The notes under the pieces are model-generated. The model had not been told where the DNA came from. It searched no databases and saw only the letters and a list, made by a program, of their open reading frames with translations. The translations under genes were made by a program, and so were the position numbers. Of a DNA stretch of 64,000 nt, positions 1-12,200 are shown one piece after another. Numbering within the stretch: the first letter of the stretch is position 1; each line of letters begins with the position of its first letter. Source of the DNA: Cenococcum geophilum (lineage: Eukaryota); the NCBI GenBank assembly GCA_050273025.1, contig CP158635.1, positions 32,488,001 through 32,552,000 of the forward strand, written 5' to 3'.

Positions 1-1321
1 TAGAGGATAGGAAGAAAATAAATAGTAAGTTTTAAGGATTATTAGTTATAAGGATATTAATAATAAAATATAGTATAAGGTTAAGTAGATAGGCTATACT
101 AAGACTACCTAGAAACTACTAGAAAATTTAAAAAACGCTATAGGAAAGGTACAGGAGTATTAGAAGAAATTAGGTTAGGTAGTATTAATAAAAAAGGATT
201 ACTAAAGAATAAGTTACCTAAGGGGGACCTAAGAAGAGCAGTTGCTAAGCTACTTAGATCTATTTCCTTTTCTATTAAAAGAGAATCTATTTTTTTATTA
301 CTAAGTTTCTATAAACCCTATTTTATAAGTTTTTATTCCTTAAAACGGACATTTTTATAAACCTTCTCTAGACAAAGTAAATAAGTAGACACTATAATGC
401 GAGTATCTAAGGCCTTTTATTCCGCGTCCTAAGAACGTTTTAACTTAGTAAGGGCTTAAGATAGTTTACTATCTAGCTATATAGCAGTATATTAAACATA
501 AAACCCTAAAACAAATTAATTAGGGAACTAGACAACTATTAAGAGTAATAAGTTACGTATATTTAGTATTAAAGGTAGAGCAAACGTTATAGAATAAATA
601 AATATTTGCTTTAGTGCGCTCTAAATAAGAGGACAATTATTATAAAAATAGGTTTACTAACGCAATATAAACTAACCCCTTTTTTAAATAGCAAGAATAT
701 GGAGATAGTATAATCTCACTAAGAGATAATATTGCAGTAATAGTATAAGCACGACGTTGGGCGTATAAAGAAGAAATTGCTTTAGGTATAATAAGTAATA
801 ATATTAACTAAATTAATTAGATAGATATTATACCTCTAGTAAACAACTTAGAGATATTAGGGATCTTTAAAAATAAAGATAAAAAGGAGGGAGATAGTAT
901 TATAGACGCTTTAAGTATAATATTGTAACTACTTAGAGAAGAGTTAAAAGAAGCTAGTTAGTTAATTTAGGTATAGTCTAGAATAGAGCCGATAAAGCTA
1001 TATAATAAAGAATGGTAACTAAGGTTATATAATATGTTACGTATTAAATAAGAGGAACGGGAGAAACTTATATACCTTATATATAAGACGTATATTATAT
1101 ATAAGAAGGATTTTATAAAAGTACGGTTATATATTTAAGGACCCTTAGTCCCTACCTAGATAGTTCCTTCTTTGTAGTAATTCTTAGAATACAATTAGAG
1201 TTAATCTATTAGGTAACCACTCCACCAGTTATTATTACTTGTTAACTTTTGTACTTATATTACCTATATACCTAGCCTAATAACAAGCCTATTATAGTTT
1301 TTACTATAAGGTTCCGTTACA
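1..1321 (+). mobile_element. Ty3/Gypsy chromovirus family A, copy A0: 3' end (chromodomain, 3' region, PPT, 3' LTR 898-1321); RIP-degenerated, 5' part outside window
   Basis: 1-170 back-translates to a chromodomain (..WYKVKW.GY...TWEP.ENL.NA). PPT AAAAAGGAGGGAGATAG ends at 897. The 424-bp LTR T(G/A)TTACGGACGC...GGTTCCGTTACA recurs elsewhere in the window. Confidence 0.9.
138..789 (-). pseudogene. RIP-damaged antisense gene of chromovirus A0 (Zn2Cys6-like + coiled coil, one 55-nt intron)
   Basis: 652 nt minus a 55-nt intron gives 199 codons. The same frame is present in all four A copies. Internal stops are TAA/TAG, as expected from RIP of CAA/CAG. Confidence 0.7.
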
Positions 1322-2920
1322 TTCCTTAATAGCTTTTATACGGTTAGGGTCTATTATAATACCCCTAGGGGTAATAATAAAGCCTAGGAACTTAACGTTC
1401 TTAGTATAAAAGATATATTTTAATAGTTTAGCGTATAGGCCCTAAGCGCGAAGCTGTTATAGTACCTACTTAATATACTTAACGTACTTATCCTTGTTAT
1501 TTAAGTAGATAAGAATATTATCTAGGTAAACTATATAGATAGTATCTACTAGGGTTCCTAAAGCTTTATAAATATAGCTCTAGAATATTATAGGGGCGTT
1601 AGTAAGGCTAAAGGGCATTACTAGGTACTTAAAGTGACCATAGTATATCTTAAATATAGTCTTCTATTTATCTCCCTTTTTAATATAAATTCTATAGTAT
1701 GTATTATAAAGATCTAGCTTTATAAATATCTTTATATAGTTAAGCCTATTAAAGAGTTCGCTAACTAGCGGTAGGGGGTACTAATTTTTAATTATAATCT
1801 TATTTAGGCGTCTATAGTTAATATATAGCCGTATTATACCGTCTACTTTTAGCATAAAGAGAATAGGCGCTTTAGCAGGCGACTTACTAGGTCTAATTTA
1901 GCCCTTTTTAAGAGTACTGTCTAAGTACTCTTATAAGATCTACAACTCTTTTTATAAGAGGTTGTAGAGGGGCATTTACGGTAGTGTTTTACCTTCCTCT
2001 AAGTTAATTATATAGTCGTACTTAGAGTTCTACAGTAGTATACTTACTAGCTTATTAAAAAAGATATTAATTTCCTCCTTATATATATCTGGTAGGCTAG
2101 GGGCTATAAAAGTTAAAGCAACTATTATATAGTAGTATGCTTTTAGGAGCTAGTAAAGAGAAGGGTGCGGCCAATATACGTTTTATAGGTATACTTGCAC
2201 TAAGAGTGTATATAGCTCTACTATAGTATACTTAATAGTTTTAGGGTTTTAATTACCTCCCCCTTATATATAGGTGATCTGCGCTAGCACTAGAGGGTCT
2301 TTATAGGTACTTACTACTAGTAATAGTAGGTCCTCTACTATATTTATAACTAGTATCTCTATATCCGGAGGGTCTATATGGGTACTCGCTGCTAGTAATA
2401 ATAGGTCCTCTATTTTGTTTATAACTAGTATAAAAAAGGAGTCTTCTAGCTATAGCGAATAGACTATTTTACTAGCCTTAATGTCTGCTAGGAGAGTATT
2501 AAGAGTGACTATTTAGAGGCGTCTAAGGTCTAAAGTACCCTAGATAAACTATTTAGAATAGAAGCTAATTAATAGATCTATTTCCGCGAGCTAATCCTAT
2601 CTAAGAACTATATTATAACTATTAAATAAGCCGCCCTAAAAGGTCTGCGGGCTAATAGTGCAAAAAGTACCCTAGGAGTTGCTAGTAGTAACCGTTAGAT
2701 TATAAGTATCCCAGATTATTATCTGGTTACTATTAAGGAAATATATAATAGGTTTATATAAATATAGCGCGTAGTATATAGGTAGGTTAAACCTATAGAC
2801 GATATCTTAATTAATAAGGTTAATTTAGTACCTATTATTGTATAAAGTATATAGGCGGACTTTACCCTAGGGCGTATCTATCGCAATATATACTATAATG
2901 CGTTTCTTTTCTCCCTCTAT
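1322..2920 (-). mobile_element. Ty3/Gypsy family B, pol fragment (protease + RT), interrupted by A0 on the left and A1 on the right
   Basis: Minus strand back-translates to VYLDDIL (~1513-1540), LYAKLSKC.F....V.FLGFII (~1340-1440) and protease-like DNGAEINLI (~2820-2850). Confidence 0.85.
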
Positions 2921-2940
2921 TATTACGGACGCTTTAAGTA

Positions 2941-5900
2941 TGTCGGTATAACTCGCTTTATCAACGTGCACGAATATCACTTGTAGTGGTACGTATGCGG
3001 TGTTGAAGTTGGTAGTTGATTGATTGTAGAAGAAAGGGGTTACTCTAAGGTTAGACAGTTAGTCTCGCTTTGTAGTTATATAACCACGTCACGTGATTAA
3101 CGTTCTGACACTAGAGCAACTCTAAAAAGAAGGCTAATTTATACTCTAAAGTTAAGTCTCTTCTAGACTATTCATAGCGTATACGTAATAGTTAGCTCTT
3201 CCGTTTATAATACGCAATAGCTTCTACGTATGACGGTGATGGAGCATCATCTACCAGATTCTGCCAAATTCTGCCATGCTGTTGAGCCAGCCAATTAGGA
3301 TTTTCCATGCCCGGCATGAAAAATCGCTATTGGCTTATCTGCTACTAGCGCCTTGGCGGCTGGCTCTGTATAGTATAAGCCCGTTATACCTAGTTATATA
3401 ACGCTATACTGAAGCCAAGTCCGTTTATTTAACCTACCCTATGGCCTGTAATTTAACTCCTTTGTTATAGCGTCCGCAGGGTTAGTATCTCTATTGATCT
3501 ACTTAATTTTGGTAATCTGTCTTTGTTTATAAGCTTGGCGAAGGCATATTATATTAATTATTAAGCGTTTCTCTTGCGTAGTTTCTAGTTGGATAAGATA
3601 GTTGTATAAAGACTTTAAATTAGTATAGAGAACGAGTGGTAAGTTAACCTGTAAGACCTTGTCTAGCGTGGATTTAATTATAGCGCCTATGTTAAAACCA
3701 TACGCTATACTGTATAACTCTGAGGCTAATACACTCCTAGTGATTCTTTTGCACTTAATTGAGGACTAGTAGACGATATTTGCCTTATTTGAGGCGTCTG
3801 CTAGTATAAGTACGTAGCCAATTTGTGAAGATAAGTCCTTATTATTGGTGAAGGAAGCGTTTGTAAATACCAGGAGTTATAAGGTGTTAACGTCTAGCTT
3901 AACGAACTTTAGGCCTCTATTTGCGTTCTTAATCTACTAGCTTAATTGCTTATTAAGACTCTTTGCATTGTCTTTAACTAGGTTAATTACCTAGGCAGTA
4001 AAGGATAGGTTAAATGAGGCCTCTAGCTAATAGACTAAGGCGATATAGGCTTCTCTGGCGCGTTAAGCGATATACTGGTCCTTTAGCGTAAGTAGGCTAT
4101 GCGTAACTCCTCTGGAGCTAATACTGTCTACTAGCGTAGTATTAACTATACTAAGGTTCTTATACTAGCGCTTTTACGTTAGCGTAATACTCCCGTCTTA
4201 TATTAATTAAATAAGTCCTTCGTTAAACTTAATTGGTGTATTAGCGGTTAATTACTCTCACTCCTTAGCTATAAATTTGGCCTTGTGTAGTTTGCTTTAT
4301 TTAGCCTTTATAAAGGTATTATCTACGAGGAATAGTGTATCGTTAGTTTATAGGCCGACGATTCCGAAAGGCTTATTGCTATAGAGTAAGTAAGGGTCGT
4401 ACGTGGACTGGTCCATTCGCAGCTGATTAATATAGTATAAATGGTAGGTTTTAAACTAGTGGTTTCTAGCTTTAGGTACTTTATAAAGTGGCTTTATAAC
4501 CTTTAGAACGGAGTCCGTATTAATTCCCAATTGTTTATTTAGCTCGTGTGGTGGTTATACGTAGAACTCGCGGTTTAGGTTTATAGTGGACTGGACGTAG
4601 GCTTATAAGATGTCTTAGAGGTAGAGTTGTATTTATAGTAGTATAGCAGCGATATAGAGAATTAGCCGCTGGCTAACCCGTTAAATTGTTGGTGACTAAG
4701 TAAGGACTAGCTCTTTCTCTAAATCATTATAGGCCTGTATAATAAGTCGTGATTTCTTAAAGGCTCTATTAGTTCCCTTATTCTTAATCTTATTAATAAA
4801 CCGTGAGTTAAAGAGTCTGACCCCCTTTAGCATATCGCGTAGCTTGATGATCTTAAAGACGCCTTTCTTAAGTAGGCCTGTGACCTCCTTTTATTGTAAA
4901 GTGCTGAATTAGGTGTTATTATCGTTCTGTAAGTAGATAGCGATATTAGCGATATCTATAATATTACCCGTAAAAGTACCTATATCTATTGTAGCGTCTA
5001 TAGTAGCCGTATCTGCGATGGCCGTAAGCAATGGGTATTTATAGGGGCGACCTCTGCCTCGCTTTAGCGGTAGCTGTGGTTCGGCTTTAGGTAACAATTA
5101 AGGTTTAGCTGGTAAAGGTACTGGTTTAGCTGATTTAATAGGCTCTTATAGTTCGACTGGGTCTTATAGGTTTAGTAGGTGAGGTTTTACGACCGTAAAG
5201 CGAAAGGTTGTAGGCCTATTTAGTAGCTTTACGGTATAGGTCTTACTGTTAACGGCAAGTAGCGTATATGGCCTATCCCAATAACCACTCTGGCCAGTAT
5301 TACCTTTTCTCCAGACTAAGATAGGCGAACTAGGTGGGAGGCCGTGAATGGCGTTAGTTCGTGGTCTGTTTCGCATATTAAGAGCGTTAGTAATCTGTTG
5401 TTTAGCTTATAGCTTTTAGATTTCTACTATTGCTTTCTTAATAGCCGCAGCTCGCTATGTAACTAAAGGTAATGGCGCGTCCAATTTAACTATTTGGGGG
5501 TAGGCTTTAAAGACTAGGAGTATAGGGACTAGGCCTTCTAGGCTAGCCGTGTTATTAATAGCTTTAAAGGCTATTTATAGGGCTATCTCCTTGCTAATTT
5601 TAGGGATTTTAGTCGTAATAATTTAGTAGGCTTGTCGTAGCGGGCTATAGTAGCGCTCTACTATTCTAATGGAATTATGTAATTTGACTAGAACTAACTT
5701 TATAGTTACTTCTATAGTGGTAGCGTAGTGCTTAAACTCCTTACTAATAAAGTTCTTCTTAGTATTTGTAGTAATTAGGTCTAGTAGTCCTAAGTAGCTA
5801 TTAATTTAGTACATTCGTAGAATGTCCTAAGTGTGCTTGGCGCTGATATCTCGTAGCTATCTACTAGCTTAAAATTAAGTTGCTTTATTAACTACGTATA

Positions 5901-8900
5901 GTAGGGGGGAGCCGCTAATATATATAATGTCGATGATAATATTGTAATTAAAATTAACGTCGTTTTATAGGGTAAAGCGAAATCTACCTAAAGATCTGCT
6001 ATACTTCTGGCAATAGTAGCAGAGTCTGGTTAGCTTTTTAATAGCGGATCTATTAGTGTTATAGCCGTAGCCAGCCTTGTTAAGAAGCTTTTGCAGTCTA
6101 TTAACTAACGGGTGACTAAATTAACGGTATAGACGTTGTAGTTCTACGTCAGTTAAGTAGCAAGGGTTTATATTAAAAGACTTAACTAAATAAAACTATA
6201 AGGAGAAGCTCTATAAGAGAAATGGGTGGCTAAATCGTCTAACTACTAGCACCCTTTTAGTGTGAGTGATAATAACGTCCTTTAGGTTATTGTATTTAAT
6301 ATAGAGTTTATCCATATCTACTAAGCAAAGTAGGAAGGGAGTATTTACTTTAACAATATAAAATTATATCTTGCCTATAGGGCTGTTAATGTCTATAGTT
6401 CCGATAGATATAGAGGCTCTAATCCCGAATTAGACAGTTACTTGGCCCTTAGTTAATATATTAAGACTTATAGACTTGTCTACGGCCTATAGAGCTTAGA
6501 ATTAACCGTAGCTAGCTATAGACTTGCGTAAAGTACCTATATTGATTATGATTCCTATAAAGACCGTTAAGGTATATTATAACGCTATAGCTGTAGCCGT
6601 ACTGTAGGCAAATGGGTTGGTCTCTATATAAGGTTCTATAGTGGACTCCATAGTAAGTTCTAAAGCTATAAGCAGGTATATATAAGCCTTATTGGCTAGT
6701 TCTACGCTTATAAAGGTTGCTTTCTCTATAGTAAGTGTTCCAAAGGTAATAATATAGGTAAAACTATTATTAGGTTCTCCGGCATCGCTTCTAGAGTCAT
6801 TAGCGTCATATATGTAGGCTTTAAAGTCTAAGTTATCCTCTTTATCTCTTTCGCAGACGGCGACGTATTGTTTAAAGTGGTTGTTAAAGTTGCCCTTATT
6901 GCGGCCCTTAATATTAATAAAACGTCTCTTATAGTTGTCTTTAGACTAATTACGCTCCTCCTTTATATATTTCTATAAACGGCAGTCCTCCTTCTTACAG
7001 ACGTAGCACTTGGCCTTTAGTCTACCGTTGGTTCTATAGGGGCGATTACTACTATAGCGATTGGTGTTTCGGTCTCGATTCTGGTTATTTTAGTAATAGC
7101 GTTAATCCGTAAAGAAGGCTTAATAAGACAATCTTATTAAGGCCTATAGGGGGTGTTCTTTTTCCTACGTAATAATAGAGGATTATAGCTTACTAATTAA
7201 CTAAGAGAGGTCTTCTAAAGGGTTGGAGATAGTAATACGGCATACTAGTACTCCCTAGCAAGCAGTAACCAGCTTATTTATAAGAATGCGGTTTATACGG
7301 AAGTCTAAGTATAGTCCGTAGCGTTACTTTAGCAGCTTATTTATAAGTAGTTGGAAGTTCTAATAGATTGACTTATTAGGGTTCTTATCCATGACTTCTT
7401 AGAGGGTTATACTGTTCCACTTTATAAGATTCTTATAGTAGTATTCTGGCCCTTTAAAGAACTATTATATATAGTTGTAGGCTTTAGTAAAAGGTCTTGA
7501 CTTAAGGTTGCTGTTATAGTAGTGGTCCTAAGTAAGCCCTTTTAGCATACTAGGGAATGCCACTACGTAGCCTTTTAGTGGTAAGCTAGATCTCTTATAG
7601 ATGTTATAGAAGATAGTTAGCTTAAAGTTAAAGCTGTCGTTAACTCTATTGTACTTTTGGTCGTCTATATAGATCTTTGCAATTATAGCCACCTCCTTAC
7701 TATATTTAGATTCTTGCTTAGGTCCTTACTCTATACTAGGCATAGCTAGTTTGGGTAGTATATATATATATAGCTGCTGCGGTTGCTATAGCTGCTGCAG
7801 TTGCTGCTTTTTTGGCCATAGTAGTTAGTTAATAAGAGCGTGGATTTGGTTATAATTAGAGAATTAAGGACTAGAGGGGGTAGTGGGGGTAGTAGGGGTA
7901 GCGATTGGAGTAGCTGGCGGTGTAGCAATTGGAGTAGATCTAGGGGGGGTAGTAGGGGTAGCGGGGGCAGCGACTGGGGTAGCTGGTGGTGCTGCGATTG
8001 GGGTAGCTGGCGGTGCAGCAACCAGAGTAGCTGGTGGTATAGCGGCTAGAATAGCTGGTGGAGTTGGTAGAGTACCTAGTGGTGGGGCTGGAGGTGTAGC
8101 AAGCTTATCTAAGGTCGAATTAAGTCGGTCTTATAGAGTTGTCGTGATTATTGGCTTTACCTCTATAAGGGCCGCAATAAGCTCCTCGTCTGTCTATTTA
8201 TAAAACTCTTCTTTATAGGCGACGTCCGTTAGTACCTTGCTAAGGGTGTGCCTCTTATCTTGCTTAATAACGTATACTCCTCTCTTAACTAGGTAGTTAT
8301 AGATTCCCACTCTAGTTTCGGATTGTACTTATTTAAAGAGCTCTAGCGTAAAGTCTTTAAAGTCTTTCTAATATACTATCTACAGTAAAAAGTTTGTAAG
8401 GTTATGCCGTGTATATAGGTGTATCTTAGTCTCCATATACTCCGCTAGATTATTATCCGTAGCCGTCTCTAAGTTAATTCCGTAGCCGTATTTAGTAATT
8501 TTTTCCTTCTAGTTAATTTCTATATTATCGTGTCTTTGTATATAAGGGTAGTTGTCGTTTAGAAGTTAAGGTTAAGGTCGAGGTTAAGGTTAAGGTTAAG
8601 GTTGGGGGTGTAAAGGTAAGGGTATAAGGGTGTGTGTGTGTCCCCTTGACAAATCTATAGTTTTTGAAGACTAAAGACTGAAGACGATTCTTAGTAAAGA
8701 TATGGTCCTCTAGGCGATCTTACGCGTTAGCAGTTAAGTTAATACGTGGTCTTAAGCTTTAAGGTCCTCTAGGCGATCTAACGCGTTAATAGTTAAGTTA
8801 ATGTGTGGTCTTGAGCTTTAAGGGGTGACGTAGCTCTCTCTAAGTAAAGATACGATTCTCTAGGCGATCTTACGCGTTAGTAAGCTGATACGTGGTCTCG

Positions 8901-9209
8901 AGCTTTGAGGGTAATGTAGCTTTCTCCTTTAACTAAAATAGGGCGATAGCTCTACGATCTAACGCGTTAGTAGTTAAGCTAATGCGTGGTTTCGAGCTTT
9001 GCTATTATATATTTCCTAATCTATACGTCTACTAATTAGTGTTAGTATAACTCGCTTTATTAACGTGTACGAATATTACTTGTAGTGGTACGTATGCGGT
9101 GTTGAAGTTGGTAGTTGATTAATTGTAGAAGAAAGGGGTTGCTCCAAGGTCAGACAGTTAGTCTCGCTTTGTGGTCATGTGACTACGTCACGTGATTAAC
9201 GTTCCGACA
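2941..9209 (-). mobile_element. Ty1/Copia retrotransposon, complete, RIP-degenerated, inserted 20 bp into the A1 5' LTR
   Basis: 170-bp LTRs at 2941-3110 and 9040-9209 (TG...CA), TSD AAGTA at 2936-2940 and 9210-9214. Minus-strand order is gag, protease (IIDTGA, ~6530), LHRRFGHPS (~6120), integrase, RT, RNase H (TQEKRLMID...NPADAMTK, ~3460-3620). Confidence 0.93.
8705..9000. repeat. Four ~60-90 bp tandem units (core GCGATCTTACGCGTTAG..GTGGTCTTGAGCTTT) in the Copia 5' leader
   Basis: Units visible at ~8710, 8770, 8860 and 8955. Confidence 0.85.
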
Positions 9210-12200
9210 AAGTATAATGTTATAACTACTTAAAAAGGAGTCGAAAGAAGCTAGTTAGTTAATTTAGGTACGGTCTAGAATAAAGCCGATAGAACTATGT
9301 AACGAGGAATGGTAACTAAGGTTATGTAGTATAATCTATATAATCTATATAATCTGTATAATCCGTAATAGAGTAGATAGAGTATACGTTTATTATATAT
9401 AAGAAGGATTTTATAGGAGTATAGTTATGTATTTAAGGACCCTTAGTCCCTACCTAGATAGTTCCTTCCTTATAGTAATTCTTAGAATATAATTGGAGTT
9501 AATCTATTAGGCAACCACTCCACTAGTTATTATTACGTTGTTAACTTTAATTTATATTACCTATACACCTAGCCTAATAATAAGCCTATTATAGTACCTG
9601 CTATAAGGTTCCGTTATATAATTACTACCTAGTTACGGTATTAAATATAGAAAGTTAAATAATATACCACTAAAAGCAGCTACTACGACGCTATTGACGG
9701 CGGCAACTACTTTAAGGTTAGGTGACATTAGTATAGTAGATACTAACTTATAGCAACCTATAACGGTTGAATAACTATAAGAGATAGTTAACTAGTTAAT
9801 AACAAATAATATAGCGTTGGAAGAAAGGGTTAATAGGATTAGAGCAGTAAAGATTAAGCTACTATTAATTAAGAGGTACTTAGGAGAAAGATTAAAGCTT
9901 AAGGGGTTTTTTACCTAAATGCACTTTAAAGTTATATAAGAAGGGGTAAAGCTACTAATATCTATAGATCGAATAGCCTATGCGGGACTATTCCTATTAG
10001 GAAGGGCACTTAAGTAGTTTAAGCCTTACCTTACGGAAATATAGGCAAATAAAATAACAACTACTAATTAGGGGGTATAATTTATATTCTTAAGCTAGAA
10101 AGGGTTTACGGAGTAACTTATATAAATATTTAGAGACCTAGAGGTAGTAACTACGGTAAAAAGAAAACTCTAAGATATTACGCAGTAAACCTTAGCAATT
10201 AAGTATATAACGTAGTTCTAGACGCTAGCTATATAAGTTAAGTAAAATAATAAGGCGCTTATGGCACAGTATAAATAGGGACTTAAGGCTAAAGTTTAGG
10301 ACGTAATTATCCTAATAGAAGATGCGGACACCCTAAGAGAGTTAATAGATTAAGCGATTAAGATTAATAATTAGATCTACTAAAGGAAATAGGCTAAAAG
10401 AGGTTAGAATAGAGTTCTATAGTTATATAAGGCGTAGAGTATATAACAACTAAAGCTAAATTAGAAACCGTAGTATGGCGCAAAGTTAATAGACCTAAGT
10501 AGTACTAGAGAAGCCTATAAGAGATAAAGTAAGAAACTATAAAAACCTAGAGGTTAAGGATCTAGTAATTATAGGACTAAGGAGTAGAGGCTAAACTAGG
10601 GATTTTAGTAGTAGAAGACGTTTAGGCGGACTTTATAGTAAAGTTAGTAGTTTAAAGATAGAGCTTATATAAATTATAGGAAATAAGGTTACTTCGCGAG
10701 GGATTATAAAAATAGTTAGAATTACTATATAATAAAGGGAACTAGACTAATAGTAGAAGATATATACGTATAGAGGGATAATAGTATACTACGAGGAATA
10801 AAAGAGTGTTTAATCCAAAGTTTTACGTTTTATTATAACAACGTATACTAAATTTATAAAGACGCTAAGTATAGCGTAAGCTATTAGCTATAAAAGCTAA
10901 AATCCTTAAAATATAGAGGAACCAATAAACTAGTTCGTAGATTGGATATTAAAGACAATAAATTTAATATAGGTAAAATATTCTATAATAATAAGGCAAT
11001 AAAAGTAGCTTACTAGGAGTATATGGACCTTAGAGATATTATATAAGAGGTAGAGGATAATTCTACTATAAAGTAGGGAATATTAGTAGGGATTAAGACC
11101 CTATTAGACACGATGTCTATCGCTTTATAAGACGCAAGAAAAGTAGGGTAAAGAACTACTTCGGCACTTAATAAAGGCAAAAGGCTAAAGACTTAAGATT
11201 CTTAAGATAAGATAAGAGATGACTAAGATTCTTAAGACGAGATAAGGTAAGCTTAAGGACCTATAACGGATAATAACCGATAAAGTAGAGTAATAGCTTA
11301 GTTTAAGAATATATAAATAAGCTTAGGATAGAGTTTCCTATAGGTATAAGACTCTTAAGACGAGATAAGTAAGATTTAAGACTTTTAAGATGAGATAAGA
11401 ATACCTAAGCCTAGTTAGACTAAGGTAGGAGTAAAGCTTAAGATAGAAGCAAGCTTAAAATTAAAAATCCTATAGAACTAAGATTTTGAGATATAAATAA
11501 GGACTATTAACAAGATTAAGAAGTAGGAAGACTTTAAGGATCTACTTATAAGACGCAAAAAGAAAGAAACTATAGAGGAATTTAGAGTAAGAATTACCTT
11601 ATAGCAAGATTAGAAACTAGATAAGAGATCTAGTATATTAGGTTGTATAAGGGACAAAGTACCTATATAAAGAATTACTAATAGACCTAGGATAGGTATA
11701 CTAAGAGCTAAGTAGCTTACTAAACTGGAATAGGGGGGGGATTTAGGGATCCTAACTAGGTTTGAAGAATAATATATAAAGGGCTGTTATAATATAGTAA
11801 TAAGAAGATACTTTCTTATAGATAAGCCGTATATACTTTAGCAGCTATACTAAAGATAGTATAGGTAAAGGCATAACGATAAGTGGAAAGATTTCTATAT
11901 ATAGTTAGATAAGAAAGTTATCTAAAACCACCCAATTATAGAAAAGGCTATAAGTCATATTAAAGGAGCCTTAATTATAACTTTAAAAGATTTAAAGGAG
12001 CAATTAGAGGACTAGAGAAGTAAAAGATAAATCTTAGTACCTATAAATAAAGTTGTAACGCTTAGATTAATATAAGAGAGGTTTAAACTTAAAGATAAAG
12101 ACGAGCTAAGAGTTAACCTAAGACACTAAGCATATTATATATTGGTATAGATTATATACGTAGATAATACGTATAATATATATAGAGTACTAAAAGATAA

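Noticed and set aside
7746..8203. Gly/Ala/Val-, Pro/Leu- and Ser/Trp-rich ORFs
   Set aside because: Alternative frames of a low-complexity Pro/Ala/Thr stretch inside the RIPed Copia gag; not independent genes.
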